Shown here piece by piece: positions 10,265 to 20,533 of a stretch of DNA of 64,000 nucleotides. The position numbers were made by a program, and so were the translations under genes. The stretch spans positions 160,001-224,000 of the forward strand of contig CAXXJS010000061.1 in NCBI GenBank assembly GCA_963662665.2, in the 5' to 3' direction. Numbering within the stretch: position 1 is the first letter of the stretch; each line of letters begins with the position of its first letter. The notes under the pieces are model-generated. The model did not search any database. It saw nothing but the letters and a program-made list of their open reading frames with translations, and was not told where the DNA came from. This DNA comes from Candidatus Latescibacterota bacterium (GTDB lineage Bacteria > Latescibacterota > UBA2968 > GCA-2709665).

Positions 10265-10747
10265 ATGCTGATTTATATCAACGGTTCGATCAATTCCGGC
10301 AAATCGACCGTCGGTCGCCTGCTGGCGGAAAACCTGTCCGGGACCGTCCACATCGAGGTCGACGAACTGCGGCACTTCGCCCGCTGTCTGAGTCTGGCGG
10401 ATGCGTGCCCTTACTGCGTCGAGGATGCGGCAACTTTGGCGCGGGCATGGCTATCGCGCGGGTTTAACGTTGTGGTTACGTGGCCGATTTCACATCGCGA
10501 CTACGCGGTCTTCGAGCGTGAAGCGGCAGTCGCCGGCGTTTCCATACACGCGTTTACGCTCCGGCCGCCCCTCGAAGTAGCCACTTCCGATCGCGGCGGC
10601 CGGCAACTGACCGAACGGGAACGGTCCCGCATCAGGGAGCAATACCGAATGCCCCATATCGATCCGGGAATCGGAACGGTGATCGACAACAGCCTTCAGA
10701 CGCCGGCCGAGACTCTTGCGGCCATCAACTCCGTGCTGGGAATATAA
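10265..10747 (+). CDS. P-loop nucleotide kinase-like protein
   Basis: Walker A GSINSGKST. Confidence 0.8.
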   Translation: MLIYINGSINSGKSTVGRLLAENLSGTVHIEVDELRHFARCLSLADACPYCVEDAATLARAWLSRGFNVVVTWPISHRDYAVFEREAAVAGVSIHAFTLRPPLEVATSDRGGRQLTERERSRIREQYRMPHIDPGIGTVIDNSLQTPAETLAAINSVLGI

Positions 10748-10799
10748 AGCCAATGTTCAAAGTACCAGATAGTTCTGCTCAGACCGCCGCCCTGGACAA

Positions 10800-11258
10800 A
10801 TGAAAAAGCCTCCCGTCCATAAGGCGTTCGCGCTGATTATCAGGCATGACGCGGATGAGAGATGCGAGTTGCTGGTCCTTGAGCTCAAATCCGTCGGTTA
10901 CGAATTCTATCGTCTCCCGGGTGGAAATATCGAAGGCGATGAAACGCCGCTCGAGGCCGCGCGGCGCGAGACCCTCGAAGAGTCGGGCATCGAGAATCTG
11001 CAGTTCGTCCGCAAGATCGGGACAACCCGATACTTCAAACCCTACATCCAGTCGGACGTGGAACGGACGGACTTCCTGTTCAAACCCGATTCTAATTTGC
11101 CTGACGAATGGGAGCACATTGGAACCGTGGGCCCTGAAGCAGGTGTTGTATTTGCATATTCATGGATCTCCGCCGATTTCATTCCAAGAGTGGATCCGGA
11201 ACTGCGGACCTTCCTGACGCGGGATCGCGTTCCGGAACTGTTCCCGGAGCAGCCGTAG
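10800..11258 (+). CDS. NUDIX hydrolase
   Basis: Nudix box GGNIEGDETPLEAARRETLEESG. Confidence 0.88.
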   Translation: MKKPPVHKAFALIIRHDADERCELLVLELKSVGYEFYRLPGGNIEGDETPLEAARRETLEESGIENLQFVRKIGTTRYFKPYIQSDVERTDFLFKPDSNLPDEWEHIGTVGPEAGVVFAYSWISADFIPRVDPELRTFLTRDRVPELFPEQP

Positions 11259-11340
11259 CCTGGTCTGGCGCGCGTATCGCTGACAGACATCGCCAGGCTC
11301 ATAGCGCCCCCTCCCCCTTTTCTTAAGGTGAGGGGCCGGA

Positions 11341-11492
11341 GGGAGAGGTCTCGAAAAAGCGGGGAGAGGGTAGAGGTGAGTCGGTAGAAGATATCCTTGC
11401 TCGATAGGTTATTCCTCGTCACCTCCGGCACGAGCAGAATCCTCACATGGCAGGTAATCTCTCCCCGCTTCCGTCTCACGTGACTCACCCGG
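11341..11492 (+). repeat. ~150-bp dispersed element, copy 1
   Basis: About 79% identical to 12322-12470 over 140 ungapped bases (hand count); internal 12-bp inverted repeat 11357-11368/11459-11470. Confidence 0.8.
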
Positions 11493-11540
11493 TGGCCGAT
11501 GGGTGGTCTTCTTTTGCTTCCATTCCTGATTTTCATGCCT

Positions 11541-12230
11541 ATGTCCAGCGAATTTGATTTCGGGGGAGCCGTTCCCGCCTGGGGCCGAAGCGCTACTGAA
11601 TACGAGGCTTTTTTCGCGTTGTCCGACGTCCCGTCATCCGCGCGCGTCCTGAATTGCGGCGGCGGGTGTTCGTCATTCGCGGCCGAATGGGGCGGGAAGG
11701 GGCGACTCGTTGTCGCCGTCGATCCCGTGTACAGTTCGTCCGGCAGGGACCTGGAGTCCGCTTTCAAAGTCACAGCCGCACGAATGCTCGCCGGGTTGAA
11801 AAAGACGCGCGAACGGTTTCTCTGGGACCGCTATGACAGCCCCGAAACGTGCCTCCACGTGCGCCGTGACATCCTCGCAACCTTCCTCCCCGACTTCCGG
11901 TCCGGAACCGCGAGCGGCCGTTACGTTGCGGGAAAACTGCCTGACCTTCCCTTCAGGTCGAAATCCTTCGATCTGGTCCTGTGTTCCCATCTGCTGTTTC
12001 TGTACTCCGCGGAATTCAACCTTGAAATGCATCTCTCCTGCCTTCGGGAACTGCTTCGAGTGGGGCGAGAGGTCCGGGTATTTCCGTTGATGGACATGGC
12101 GGGTAAATCATCGAGGCATCTGGACCGCACTATACGATCCATGCAGAATTGCGCAGACGTCGAGGTGGTAGCGGTCCCATTCGAGTTCCGGCGCGGCGAC
12201 ACCGACATGCTGCGGATAGCCCAAAGCTGA
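11541..12230 (+). CDS. SAM-dependent methyltransferase
   Basis: VLNCGGGCSSF, AVDPVY, FDLVLCSHLLFLYS, EVRVFPL. Confidence 0.85.
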   Translation: MSSEFDFGGAVPAWGRSATEYEAFFALSDVPSSARVLNCGGGCSSFAAEWGGKGRLVVAVDPVYSSSGRDLESAFKVTAARMLAGLKKTRERFLWDRYDSPETCLHVRRDILATFLPDFRSGTASGRYVAGKLPDLPFRSKSFDLVLCSHLLFLYSAEFNLEMHLSCLRELLRVGREVRVFPLMDMAGKSSRHLDRTIRSMQNCADVEVVAVPFEFRRGDTDMLRIAQS

Positions 12231-12321
12231 CCGCTCCGCTCTGCGCGTGACCGGACTTCCTGGCTTCCTCCCCCTCTCCCTGTGGGAGAGGGGGTTGGGG
12301 GGTGAGGGCCTTGGGGCTGGG

Positions 12322-12470
12322 GGGAGAGGTCGCGAAAAGGCGGTAAGAAGGTAGAGGGAAGCCGGTAGAAGAAATCCCTGCCCGCTATTTTATTCCTTCT
12401 TGCCTCCGGCACGAAACGAAACCTCACAGTGCAGGAAATCTCTACCCTCTCCCGTCTTGCGTCTTCCCGG
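12322..12470 (+). repeat. ~150-bp dispersed element, copy 2
   Basis: Direct repeat of 11341-11492; partial inverted copy near 22419-22470. Confidence 0.8.
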
Positions 12471-12634
12471 TTTTAAGGACCCCGCCGGAGGCAGGGAATA
12501 TGGGGAGAAGTGGATGTTGCATTTGATTTTCGACTTTGGTTCAAGCTGACGGCTGACCACTGTTAGCTAAGTCTGAGCGCCGGGGCGCGAGGTCGCCGGA
12601 GTGAGGACATCTTGCCGTTGTTGCGTTTGCCTCG

Positions 12635-12965
12635 TATATAACGTTTATCGTTTAACGAATATCGTTATAATCTCGCGCGGCACTGTTCGCCAGGTCTTCG
12701 GAGTCGCGACGATAGACCTGCCCGTCCTGCCGTCGAGTGCACTTTTCGAATTGCCACGGATTTCATCTTTGTTCGTCTCCGCCGGATATGGCTTTCGACG
12801 AATCGTGTTTTTGCGATGTCTAACGTATATCGTTTAATGGATAACATTAAACGATATACGTTAAATGAATTCCGTTTAATGAAAAACATTTAACGTTTAA
12901 AATTTAATACTTTCTATTAAACGGAACTCATTTAACACTTGTCATTTAACGAAAAACGTTATATA
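12635..12965. repeat. AT-rich nested inverted-repeat site
   Basis: Perfect 19-bp IR 12821-12839/12845-12863; near-perfect IR 12861-12884/12911-12935; outer IR 12635-12656/12944-12965. Confidence 0.85.
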
Positions 12966-13040
12966 ATATTATATGGCGTCGGTCCCGCCGGCTCCGCCTG
13001 TGATGTTGAGATCGCATTTGATCGATCCGGAGAAATAACC

Positions 13041-13346
13041 ATGTCCACTGGAGAAACGGTTCCCGTTCATCCCGGGAGAATATTGCAGGAACAGTTTCTC
13101 GAGCCGATGGATCTCAGCCAGAATCAATTGGCGCTGTCCATCGGGGTGCCGCCGCGGCGCATCAACGAAATCGTCCTTGGCAAACGCGGCATCACGGCCG
13201 ATACGGCGCTGAGACTCGCCCGGTACTTCTACACCTCCCCCCGATTCTGGATGAACATCCAGACGAACTACGAACTGGACGTGGCCGAGGAGACCCTTGC
13301 GGACCGGCTGGACAGGGAAGTGCGTCCGCATATTCGCGGCGGTTAG
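13041..13346 (+). CDS. higA: HigA family addiction-module antitoxin (orphan)
   Basis: VHPGRILQEQFL, RRINEIVLGKRGITADTALRLARYF, FWMNIQ. Confidence 0.92.
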   Translation: MSTGETVPVHPGRILQEQFLEPMDLSQNQLALSIGVPPRRINEIVLGKRGITADTALRLARYFYTSPRFWMNIQTNYELDVAEETLADRLDREVRPHIRGG

Positions 13347-13436
13347 ACCGCGGTTACCAATTGTCACATCTGATATCGGGACGAAACTTTCGCAGGATTG
13401 GACTCAAGAATGTCCGGACTTCGCGACGGGACGGCG

Positions 13437-13634
13437 TCGAATACCTACCACGGCTATGAGGGAGCGGCATACGATCTGCGCCGCCATCATCTGGCCTGGC
13501 GCCTGGACTGGGTCCTGTTTCGCGGACCGGGTCTGTAGGTCGACGTGGAAAAGTCCGACATCGTCCGAAGCCACCGGGGTCCGCTCTACCCCAGCGACCA
13601 CTATCCGGTCGTTTCGGACTTGAACTGGAAGTGA
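13437..13634 (+). pseudogene. C-terminal remnant of an endonuclease/exonuclease/phosphatase (EEP) protein
   Basis: SNTYHGY...RLDWVLFRG..L*V...YPSDHYPVVSDL; internal TAG13536 and no 5' half. Confidence 0.75.
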
Positions 13635-13995
13635 CGGGAGGCGGCTGGTCAAGTGATGTTCGAAGGGTATACACCCAATAAAACTGAACTCTCCCCCAGG
13701 GTATTCGATAACAAGCAATCATGTAACGCGTTTCTTGCAAAGGATTTAGAAAAGGAGGTGGGGGAGCTGAAATCATGAACTATCACGTTGAATCTCAACG
13801 CCAATACTCCGTTCGTCCGAATCCGAACGAGGGGCAAAGTCATCCATTTCGATGAAGCAAGCCGGATTCGCGCGCTCGATGGTTGTAAACCGAACCGTGC
13901 AGTTCGTTTTGCAGGATTTCTCGTATCGTCAACACAAAAACGGAAATACGTCATACGTTTCAAGTACGAAATGCCACAAATCGATTGGGGGGAAC

Positions 13996-14466
13996 ATGTC
14001 TGCGAATGAGATCGTATATAAGGAGAATCCGAGCGGCGTCAATTGGCAGGCCCTTGCCGAAGTCTATCGGCGCATTCCTCTGGGGAAGCTGGATTCCGGA
14101 AAACTCCGTCGCGCGTATACCAACAGTGAGATCTGTTGTTTCGCCTTCAGTGGTGAGGCGCTTGTGGGGGGTGGAAGGGTGATTTCGGACGACGAAGCGC
14201 CCGCGACCGTCTGCGAGCTGGTTGTAGCCCCGGAATACCAGCGCCGGGGCATCGGAAGGGCTATCTTGAAATCGATCCTCAGGAAACTCGACGTTCCCAG
14301 GGTGATCCTGGCGTGTATGCATGGTCAGCAGGAATTTTTCAGAAAAGAAGGATTTCTCGGGCACAAGTCGGTAATGGCGCTGTACGCCAATTCGCAATGG
14401 TTCGTGGACAGCGGCAATCTGGAATCGAAAGATTCCGCCAATGCAGCTGCGGCATATTCTGATTGA
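13996..14466 (+). CDS. GNAT N-acetyltransferase
   Basis: Motif A VVAPEYQRRGIG; FFRKEGF. Confidence 0.88.
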   Translation: MSANEIVYKENPSGVNWQALAEVYRRIPLGKLDSGKLRRAYTNSEICCFAFSGEALVGGGRVISDDEAPATVCELVVAPEYQRRGIGRAILKSILRKLDVPRVILACMHGQQEFFRKEGFLGHKSVMALYANSQWFVDSGNLESKDSANAAAAYSD

Positions 14467-15154
14467 CGCGTCGTCGATTCGTGACATTCAACCCGGGCCG
14501 AACATCGAGCCTATGGAAATGGTACGATCCAGGTTCCGCGTCGGGGATGCCATTCTTTACCGCGAACTCGACGAGTACGGCCGGCTTATCGACTTGAAGC
14601 CCGTCACCGTGGTCGAGGATACCGACGCCCGGACTGTGCTATGGCTTCCGTTAGGGACGCCGACCAAAAAGCCTGAAGCATCTCTCGACATTCGGGGCAA
14701 GCCGCGGGACTGGATGAACACCAACTGGAAATTGTCGGATGCGATCTGGCGGTGGGCGGACCTTCTGATCATCGTCCGGTCCGGCGAAAACCGCGCAACG
14801 TGGGTGCGGCGGTCTGCCGATGGCGTGTTTCAGGGCTGGTACGTCAATCTTCAGAGCAAGTTGATACGCACGCGGCTGGGCTTCGATTACCGGGATTACC
14901 AGCTGGATATCGTCGTAGAACCGGACCGAAGCTGGTCCTGGAAGGACCGCAACGAACTCGATCTCGCGGTCAGCCAGGGTCGAATATCACCAAAAGAGGC
15001 AAGGGCGGTGTGCAACGAAGGAAGACGCGCCATCGAAGAAATCGAGGGTCCCCGCGGGGTGTATATCGAGGGGTGGGAGAACTGGCGTCCGGATGCAACG
15101 CTGCCGCGACCGCACATGCTAGCGGATTGGGACGACCTGTCTATGTACGGTTAG
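14441..15154 (+). CDS. DUF402 family protein
   Basis: GWYVNLQ, DYQLDIVVEPD, WKDRNEL; the true start may be further downstream. Confidence 0.75.
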   Translation: MQLRHILIDASSIRDIQPGPNIEPMEMVRSRFRVGDAILYRELDEYGRLIDLKPVTVVEDTDARTVLWLPLGTPTKKPEASLDIRGKPRDWMNTNWKLSDAIWRWADLLIIVRSGENRATWVRRSADGVFQGWYVNLQSKLIRTRLGFDYRDYQLDIVVEPDRSWSWKDRNELDLAVSQGRISPKEARAVCNEGRRAIEEIEGPRGVYIEGWENWRPDATLPRPHMLADWDDLSMYG

Positions 15155-15185
15155 ACCGGGTCTCGGAAGCAGCCTTGCGACGTCT

Positions 15186-15360
15186 TTTCAGTTCACGTCC
15201 AGTGACCTGGTGTATCCTGGTAATCAGCCGTCAAATCACCCTTATCCACTTGCCTATATTCGATTTTAGTCCCGGAAAAATAACGAATCAAGGTTAAATC
15301 GCCTTTATCTACTTGCATATATTCGGTCTTACTTCCCCGAAGCATTACGAATCAGGGTCA
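15186..15360. repeat. Dispersed element: 42-bp head plus two tandem 63/64-bp units
   Basis: Units begin at 15230 and 15293; the same head with one unit occurs at 25299-25412. Confidence 0.85.
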
Positions 15361-15447
15361 GGCCACGCAAATGGAAACTTCCGGGACTCCCGGGGCGTTA
15401 AAGTACGAGTTGGGAGTGTCATGAAAAACCGGAATCAGGAGACCAAA

Positions 15448-17520
15448 ATGATGCGTCGTATTGGCGCGCTGTTGCCGGCGCTTTTAAGCGTGTCCGTGCT
15501 GCTTCAATGCAGCGAACCCGAAGAGACCCCGCCGCCGCTGGCCAGATATACGGGCGACCTTGCCGAGTTGGTTTCGCGAGGCAAGCTCAGGGCGATCGTC
15601 CCACTTGAGCCGATCGCCTATCTGCCGCGGCATGGACAGCACGTGACGATCGCCTACGACATCGCGAGGGAGCTTTCGGAGGCGCTCAAATTGGAGCCGG
15701 TTCTTGTAAGGGTCGGGGATTTCTCCGAAATCATGGGCAAGTTGCTCGAGGGCGAGGGCGACATCGCGGTGGCCAGCCTGACCATAACACCCGAACGCCA
15801 GAAGCAAGCTGTGTTTTCGGTCCCGTATATGTTCGTGGACGAATACCTGGTCACAAAAACAGGCGGCAAGCTTCCACAGAAGGTCGATGACCTTGCGGGT
15901 ATGGAAATCAGCGTGCGGCGCTCGAGCTCGTACTATCAGACACTTGTCAACCTCCGGCGGCAGGTGCCGTCCCTGCGAATCCGGGCCGCACCGGAAACCC
16001 TGAACATCGAAGCCCTGCTGGACGGCGTCGCCAGCGGGGAATACGAAGCCACGTTGTCCGATTCGCATCTGTGGCATGCCCTGTCCAGTTATTATGACAG
16101 TCTGACTACGTCCCTCGTGCTGGCGAAGGGCCGGCCGATCGCGGTGATGATGCGGCCGGAGGATACCGAACTTAAAACCAGAGTGGATGAGTTTCTACTA
16201 GCCCGGCACTTTACTCGAGAGCGGCAGCACGAATTCACCGACGATCTGCCCGGGCTGATCGAACGGGGCCGCTTGCGGATGATCACACGCAACAACGCAT
16301 TGACCTATTTCATTCACCGCGGCCTGCAGGTGGGATTCGAGTACGAACTGATGAAGAAATTCGCCTCGGAACACGGCCTGCGCCTGGAGATTGTTATTCC
16401 CAAATCCCACGCCGAACTCCTGTCGTATCTGAACGAGGGCAAGGGGGACGTGGTGGCAGCCGCGATGACCATAACCCCAGAACGCCAGAAGGCTGCGGAC
16501 TTTACGAGGCCGTATAACGACGTGGACGAGGTGGTCGTTGTACGTGAAGACGACGGTTCAGTCAACACGATTCGTGACCTGGCCGGACGGACGGTCCACG
16601 TACGTGCGAGTTCTTCCTTCTATTCAACGCTCATGGCGATCCGGGATTCCCTGCCCGGTCTTGAGATTGTCGCGCTGCCGGACGACATGGAGACCGAAGA
16701 GATACTTGCAGGGGTCGAGTCCGGACTCTATGACCTCACGCTTGCGGATTCCAATCTGCTCGACGTGGAACGCGCCTACGGCATGCGCCTCAAGGCCGCA
16801 TTCAGCATCAAGTCAACCACACTGGGGTGGGCCGTCCGCAAGGGTAATTCCTCACTGTTGGCGTCGTTGAATGAGTACATCCGGCGCGAAAAAGGCGGAC
16901 TCTACTTCAATATGATGAAGAAGCGGTATTTCGAGAACCCTCGAGGAATCGCGAGGGCAAAGGATTCGACGCGGGTCGGTATAAGCGGACAGCTCTCGCC
17001 GTACGACGGCATTGCAAAAAAATACGCGCAGCGATACAGCCAGGATTGGCGCCTGATTACCGCGCAGATGTACCAGGAATCCAAATTCAACCCGGAAGCC
17101 GTCAGCTGGGTCGGCGCCAGGGGATTGATGCAGGTGATGCCCAAAACAGGGCTGCAGTTGGGTTTTGAAAACCTGGAGGACCCGGACGAGGGCGTACACG
17201 CAGGGACCAAGTACATGCATCAGCTATTGGGGCGTTTCGACCATGAGATCCCGATACAGTCGCGGATTCACTTTGCTCTGGCGTCCTATAACGTCGGGTA
17301 CGGTCATCTGCTGGATGCCCGCCGCCTGGCGCGCGAAAAGGGATGGGACGCCGACGTCTGGTTCGGCAACGTGGAGCAGGCCATGCGCCTGCTTTCGCAA
17401 CCGGCCTATTACGAACGGGCGCGCTACGGATACTGCCGAGGCGGCCAGCCCGTGCACTACGTAGAGAAAATACAGAGTCTGTACGACGCTTACGTGGAGG
17501 TACTGGACACCGCCCAATGA
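15448..17520 (+). CDS. mltF: MltF-like lytic transglycosylase with duplicated substrate-binding domains
   Basis: Two SBP_bac_3-like repeats (each with TITPERQK); SLT motifs YQESKF, GLMQ and SYNVG; N-terminal signal peptide. Confidence 0.88.
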   Translation: MMRRIGALLPALLSVSVLLQCSEPEETPPPLARYTGDLAELVSRGKLRAIVPLEPIAYLPRHGQHVTIAYDIARELSEALKLEPVLVRVGDFSEIMGKLLEGEGDIAVASLTITPERQKQAVFSVPYMFVDEYLVTKTGGKLPQKVDDLAGMEISVRRSSSYYQTLVNLRRQVPSLRIRAAPETLNIEALLDGVASGEYEATLSDSHLWHALSSYYDSLTTSLVLAKGRPIAVMMRPEDTELKTRVDEFLLARHFTRERQHEFTDDLPGLIERGRLRMITRNNALTYFIHRGLQVGFEYELMKKFASEHGLRLEIVIPKSHAELLSYLNEGKGDVVAAAMTITPERQKAADFTRPYNDVDEVVVVREDDGSVNTIRDLAGRTVHVRASSSFYSTLMAIRDSLPGLEIVALPDDMETEEILAGVESGLYDLTLADSNLLDVERAYGMRLKAAFSIKSTTLGWAVRKGNSSLLASLNEYIRREKGGLYFNMMKKRYFENPRGIARAKDSTRVGISGQLSPYDGIAKKYAQRYSQDWRLITAQMYQESKFNPEAVSWVGARGLMQVMPKTGLQLGFENLEDPDEGVHAGTKYMHQLLGRFDHEIPIQSRIHFALASYNVGYGHLLDARRLAREKGWDADVWFGNVEQAMRLLSQPAYYERARYGYCRGGQPVHYVEKIQSLYDAYVEVLDTAQ

Positions 17521-17581
17521 ATGCGAATTTCCGACCACGGTCGACGTTGCAGCAGGGCGTATTGAAGGAGGATCCCGGCTT

Positions 17582-18364
17582 GTGGCAGAAAGCGACAATG
17601 TGAACGAATATCACGCCGCAAATCGCGCACGCTGGAACCATGGGGCCGAGGCGTGGGCTGCCATGCACGACCGGCGCGGAACGTGGAGAGTTGCTCACAG
17701 GCGGCCCGAACAGGTTTTCCTGCCGCAAGAAATCGAACTGATTGGCGATGTGGAAGGCAGGCGCGTCTGCGTGCTGGGAAGCGGCGACAATCTGGCGGTT
17801 TTCGCGTTCGCAGGAATGGGCGCAAGGGTCACGTCCGTGGACATTTCGGTCGAGCAACTGGCCGTCGCGCAACGGCGCGCCCGCGAACTGGGCCTAACCA
17901 TAGAGTTCGTCGAATCGGACGTGTCTGACCTGGGTTGTCTGCCTGACGCAAGTTTCGACCTCGTATACACCGGCGGCCACGTGGCGGTGTGGGTCAGCGA
18001 CTTGCGAACCTATTACCGGGAGGCAATTCGGATCCTGCGCCGGAAGGGCTTGTTTCTGATCAACGAGTACCATCCGTTCCGGCGGATCTGGAAGGGCGAG
18101 GAATCGACGCTGGCAGTTGCGTACAGCTACTTCGACAACGGACCGCACGAATACACTGCCTCCAGGGATGTCCTCGACAAGGCGCAGGGTGATATAAAGC
18201 AGTTTGAATTTCACTGGACGGTTTCCGAGTATCTCAGGGCCGTCATCGAGCAGGGTGTCGAACTGATCAGGTTCGAGGAATTCGGGGATGAGGCGGAGGG
18301 ATGGGAGGGCGCGCCACTTCAGGGCCTGCCCCAGAAGCTGTTGATTGCAGGAAGGAAAAGCTGA
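17582..18364 (+). CDS. Class I SAM-dependent methyltransferase
   Basis: VCVLGSGDN, VTSVDIS, FDLVYTG, INEYHP. Confidence 0.88.
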   Translation: MAESDNVNEYHAANRARWNHGAEAWAAMHDRRGTWRVAHRRPEQVFLPQEIELIGDVEGRRVCVLGSGDNLAVFAFAGMGARVTSVDISVEQLAVAQRRARELGLTIEFVESDVSDLGCLPDASFDLVYTGGHVAVWVSDLRTYYREAIRILRRKGLFLINEYHPFRRIWKGEESTLAVAYSYFDNGPHEYTASRDVLDKAQGDIKQFEFHWTVSEYLRAVIEQGVELIRFEEFGDEAEGWEGAPLQGLPQKLLIAGRKS

Positions 18365-18422
18365 ATCCACGACCGATCGTGATTGCATACATTGAGACGC
18401 CACATTCGTTCGGGTTCACGAA

Positions 18423-18947
18423 ATGACGACTTTCCATCTCATTCGCCATGGAGAACCCGATTGGGACCTGGCTGCCGGCGGCGATTTAAAAGGCGCCGAG
18501 GTCGGCTGGGCGGCACACATCGTACCGCTGACCCCGAACGGAATTCGTCAGATTGAGATCGCATCAGAACCTCTCGAAGCTGAAGATTATCAACTGGTTA
18601 TTTCGTCGCCGATGACACGTGCGTTCCAATCGGCCAGCGTCATCAGCCGGATTCTCCACCTGGATCTTCACGTCGAGTTCGATCTGCACGAATGGGTATG
18701 CGCCTGGCGACCTTCGCTTGAACTCGTCGAAAAAACCGTAGCCGAGATGCTGTCGTGCGGTGGCGAGTGGCCGCCCGATGAGACGAGAGACTGGGAGCCG
18801 TTATCCAGCGTACGCTCGCGCGTCAGTCGTGTTCTGGATCGTTACGAGAACTTCGAGCGGGTAATCGTGGTCTGTCACGAAACCGTGATTTTTTCACTCA
18901 CCGGGAAATGGTTGGGACACGCTGAGTCGGTAACGCTTGATATGTAG
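18423..18947 (+). CDS. Histidine phosphatase family protein
   Basis: RHGEP, SSPMTRAFQSA, DLHEW, VVCH. Confidence 0.88.
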   Translation: MTTFHLIRHGEPDWDLAAGGDLKGAEVGWAAHIVPLTPNGIRQIEIASEPLEAEDYQLVISSPMTRAFQSASVISRILHLDLHVEFDLHEWVCAWRPSLELVEKTVAEMLSCGGEWPPDETRDWEPLSSVRSRVSRVLDRYENFERVIVVCHETVIFSLTGKWLGHAESVTLDM

Positions 18948-18972
18948 CGGCGTAAGAGGTGCCTGTAGTGGT

Positions 18973-19809
18973 TCACTGATCCATCGGCCATGCCTTCTGC
19001 GAAGCCGCACAAACCCATTTTTCGGAGGGCCCTGCGATCATCCTGCTTTGCCTTGCGCAGATTTCGTTGAAATGATCCACCCAATCCGCTGACAACATTG
19101 AATTGGCAATTAGATTGACGCACAGTCGTGCATTTGCATCTCTCATCGCAACTCCCAACGCGACATCGGGGGACAATGCCATCCACATCCTTTGTTCCGC
19201 GGGGATCCAATTCGGGTCGTTTTCTTTCTGCTTTTGATTGTCCACTCCAAGCTCGGTATCCCGAGTAACAAACGGTCCACAATCGCCCAACACAAAGGTC
19301 GGAGCATCAACTTGGCTCAAAACCACAACGAATTCGCCTTCCTGAATGAGCTTCGTGTTTTCCTCCCTAATAATGGAGACCAGGTCTTTGCCGGCTTTTT
19401 CCGATTCTCTCTGGATCGTGTCCAACCCTGAAAAGAAATCTTCTCCCAACCATTGCGGGGACCGGTACGCTAAATGCAGAAGAAATAGCCCACATGCACG
19501 AATGTCATCTGAAATCGCAGTCACATAGGAAGGGTCCTCTTGATCGATCCCCTGTCGTGCCGTGCGCAGAATATTCCTCACATATTGTAAAGAGAGGCTT
19601 TCCGTTTTGCCCATATGGGACTCCAACGATTCTCCGATCTCCTTCGCCGCGTAATAGTCTCTCCGTTTGAAGACGTTCCGTGGCTTGCATTTGAAGAACC
19701 TCCTTGGATTCTTCCTGCCAACGTGAAGAAAACCGTCTTGATCCGTGAAGTTCTCAAGGAGCCATCTAGGGATCGTATGTTGCTGTTCCGATTTCATCTT
19801 CTTTTCCAT
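18973..19809 (-). CDS. DUF4238 domain protein
   Basis: N-terminal QHTIPRWLLENF motif, FVLGD.P and ALSP motifs; lower GC than its neighbours. Confidence 0.7.
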   Translation of the reverse strand: MEKKMKSEQQHTIPRWLLENFTDQDGFLHVGRKNPRRFFKCKPRNVFKRRDYYAAKEIGESLESHMGKTESLSLQYVRNILRTARQGIDQEDPSYVTAISDDIRACGLFLLHLAYRSPQWLGEDFFSGLDTIQRESEKAGKDLVSIIREENTKLIQEGEFVVVLSQVDAPTFVLGDCGPFVTRDTELGVDNQKQKENDPNWIPAEQRMWMALSPDVALGVAMRDANARLCVNLIANSMLSADWVDHFNEICARQSRMIAGPSEKWVCAASQKAWPMDQ

Positions 19810-20043
19810 AGTGGTGGGTCCATCTCCAACTTTCAGGAAGTTGAGAAACCGGGGATAGAACCCAAACCCCGGGATGTGCGGATTGTATGATGAATTCGCC
19901 GGTCAGGTCAATAAGCAGACATCAATATAAATATACAGCTACCGGAGTGAATATGATAGGAAACTGCGGAAAAACGCGATGAATCCTTGCCAAGAGAATA
20001 AAAAAACCGTCTGAGTGGATCCGCCTTTGCCCCAAGGCCAATA

Positions 20044-20420
20044 TCAACCTATGAACACCAGTAGGGATTCCCCCCCGGTGAGCTTCTGCATCGCCAACCC
20101 GAGATTGAAGCCATGCCCTTGAAAAATGCTGGACCTAGTAGATGTTGTTGTGGACGAGCAAGTGAGTGCGTCGAATACCCCCGGTCTCTCCGGTATGAGC
20201 ACGACTGCGTTCCGCATGCTTGGAGCGCCGTCGCTTGAGTCGCTTGCATTGCACTCTTCGAAGGTGCAGTCGACTGACAGGAAGCACTAATGCTGAACAG
20301 CCGCGTGAATCTGGCCATCGTCTTCACCCGGCAAGGAGGCGGGCGGCGACGATAACACAATCTTCAACTCTTACGAAACCACACCTGGGTGTCGCCCGAA
20401 TCAGGATGGAAAGATTAGCT
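20044..20420 (-). mobile_element. Degraded IS1182-like transposase 3' remnant
   Basis: Minus strand reads KRLKRRRSKHAERSRAHTGETGGIRRTHLLVHNNIY*, then frameshifted GFNLGLAMQKLTGG, resembling the IS1182 C-terminus. Confidence 0.7.
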
Positions 20421-20533
20421 GAAGGGTGAGGGCAGGCAGAGGGGAAGGAGATATTCGTTATTTCACTTCGTGGGCGTCGGCGCCCTGTAATCTGGAGTCA
20501 CCGTCGTTCAGGTTGCGCACTTCGATCAGGATT

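Noticed and set aside
12818-12866. attC site (GTCTAAC...GTTAAAT) or dif site
   Set aside because: About 49 bp and perfectly paired, lacking the extrahelical bases and unpaired spacer of attC. The XerC-side match to dif is poor.
184-13634. Stop-codon recoding or selenocysteine to explain the in-frame stops
   Set aside because: Intact genes here end normally at TGA and TAG, the TGAs are not in Cys-motif positions, and no SECIS is evident.
15242-15250. DnaA-box-like TTATCCACT
   Set aside because: A single imperfect box, not conserved in the other repeat units, with no oriC context.
15230-15360. Possible CRISPR array
   Set aside because: Only two contiguous ~64-bp units, no unique spacers and no cas genes.
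1125-18947. Integron cassette array
   Set aside because: The content and single orientation are suggestive, but no repeated attC was found between genes and there is no intI.
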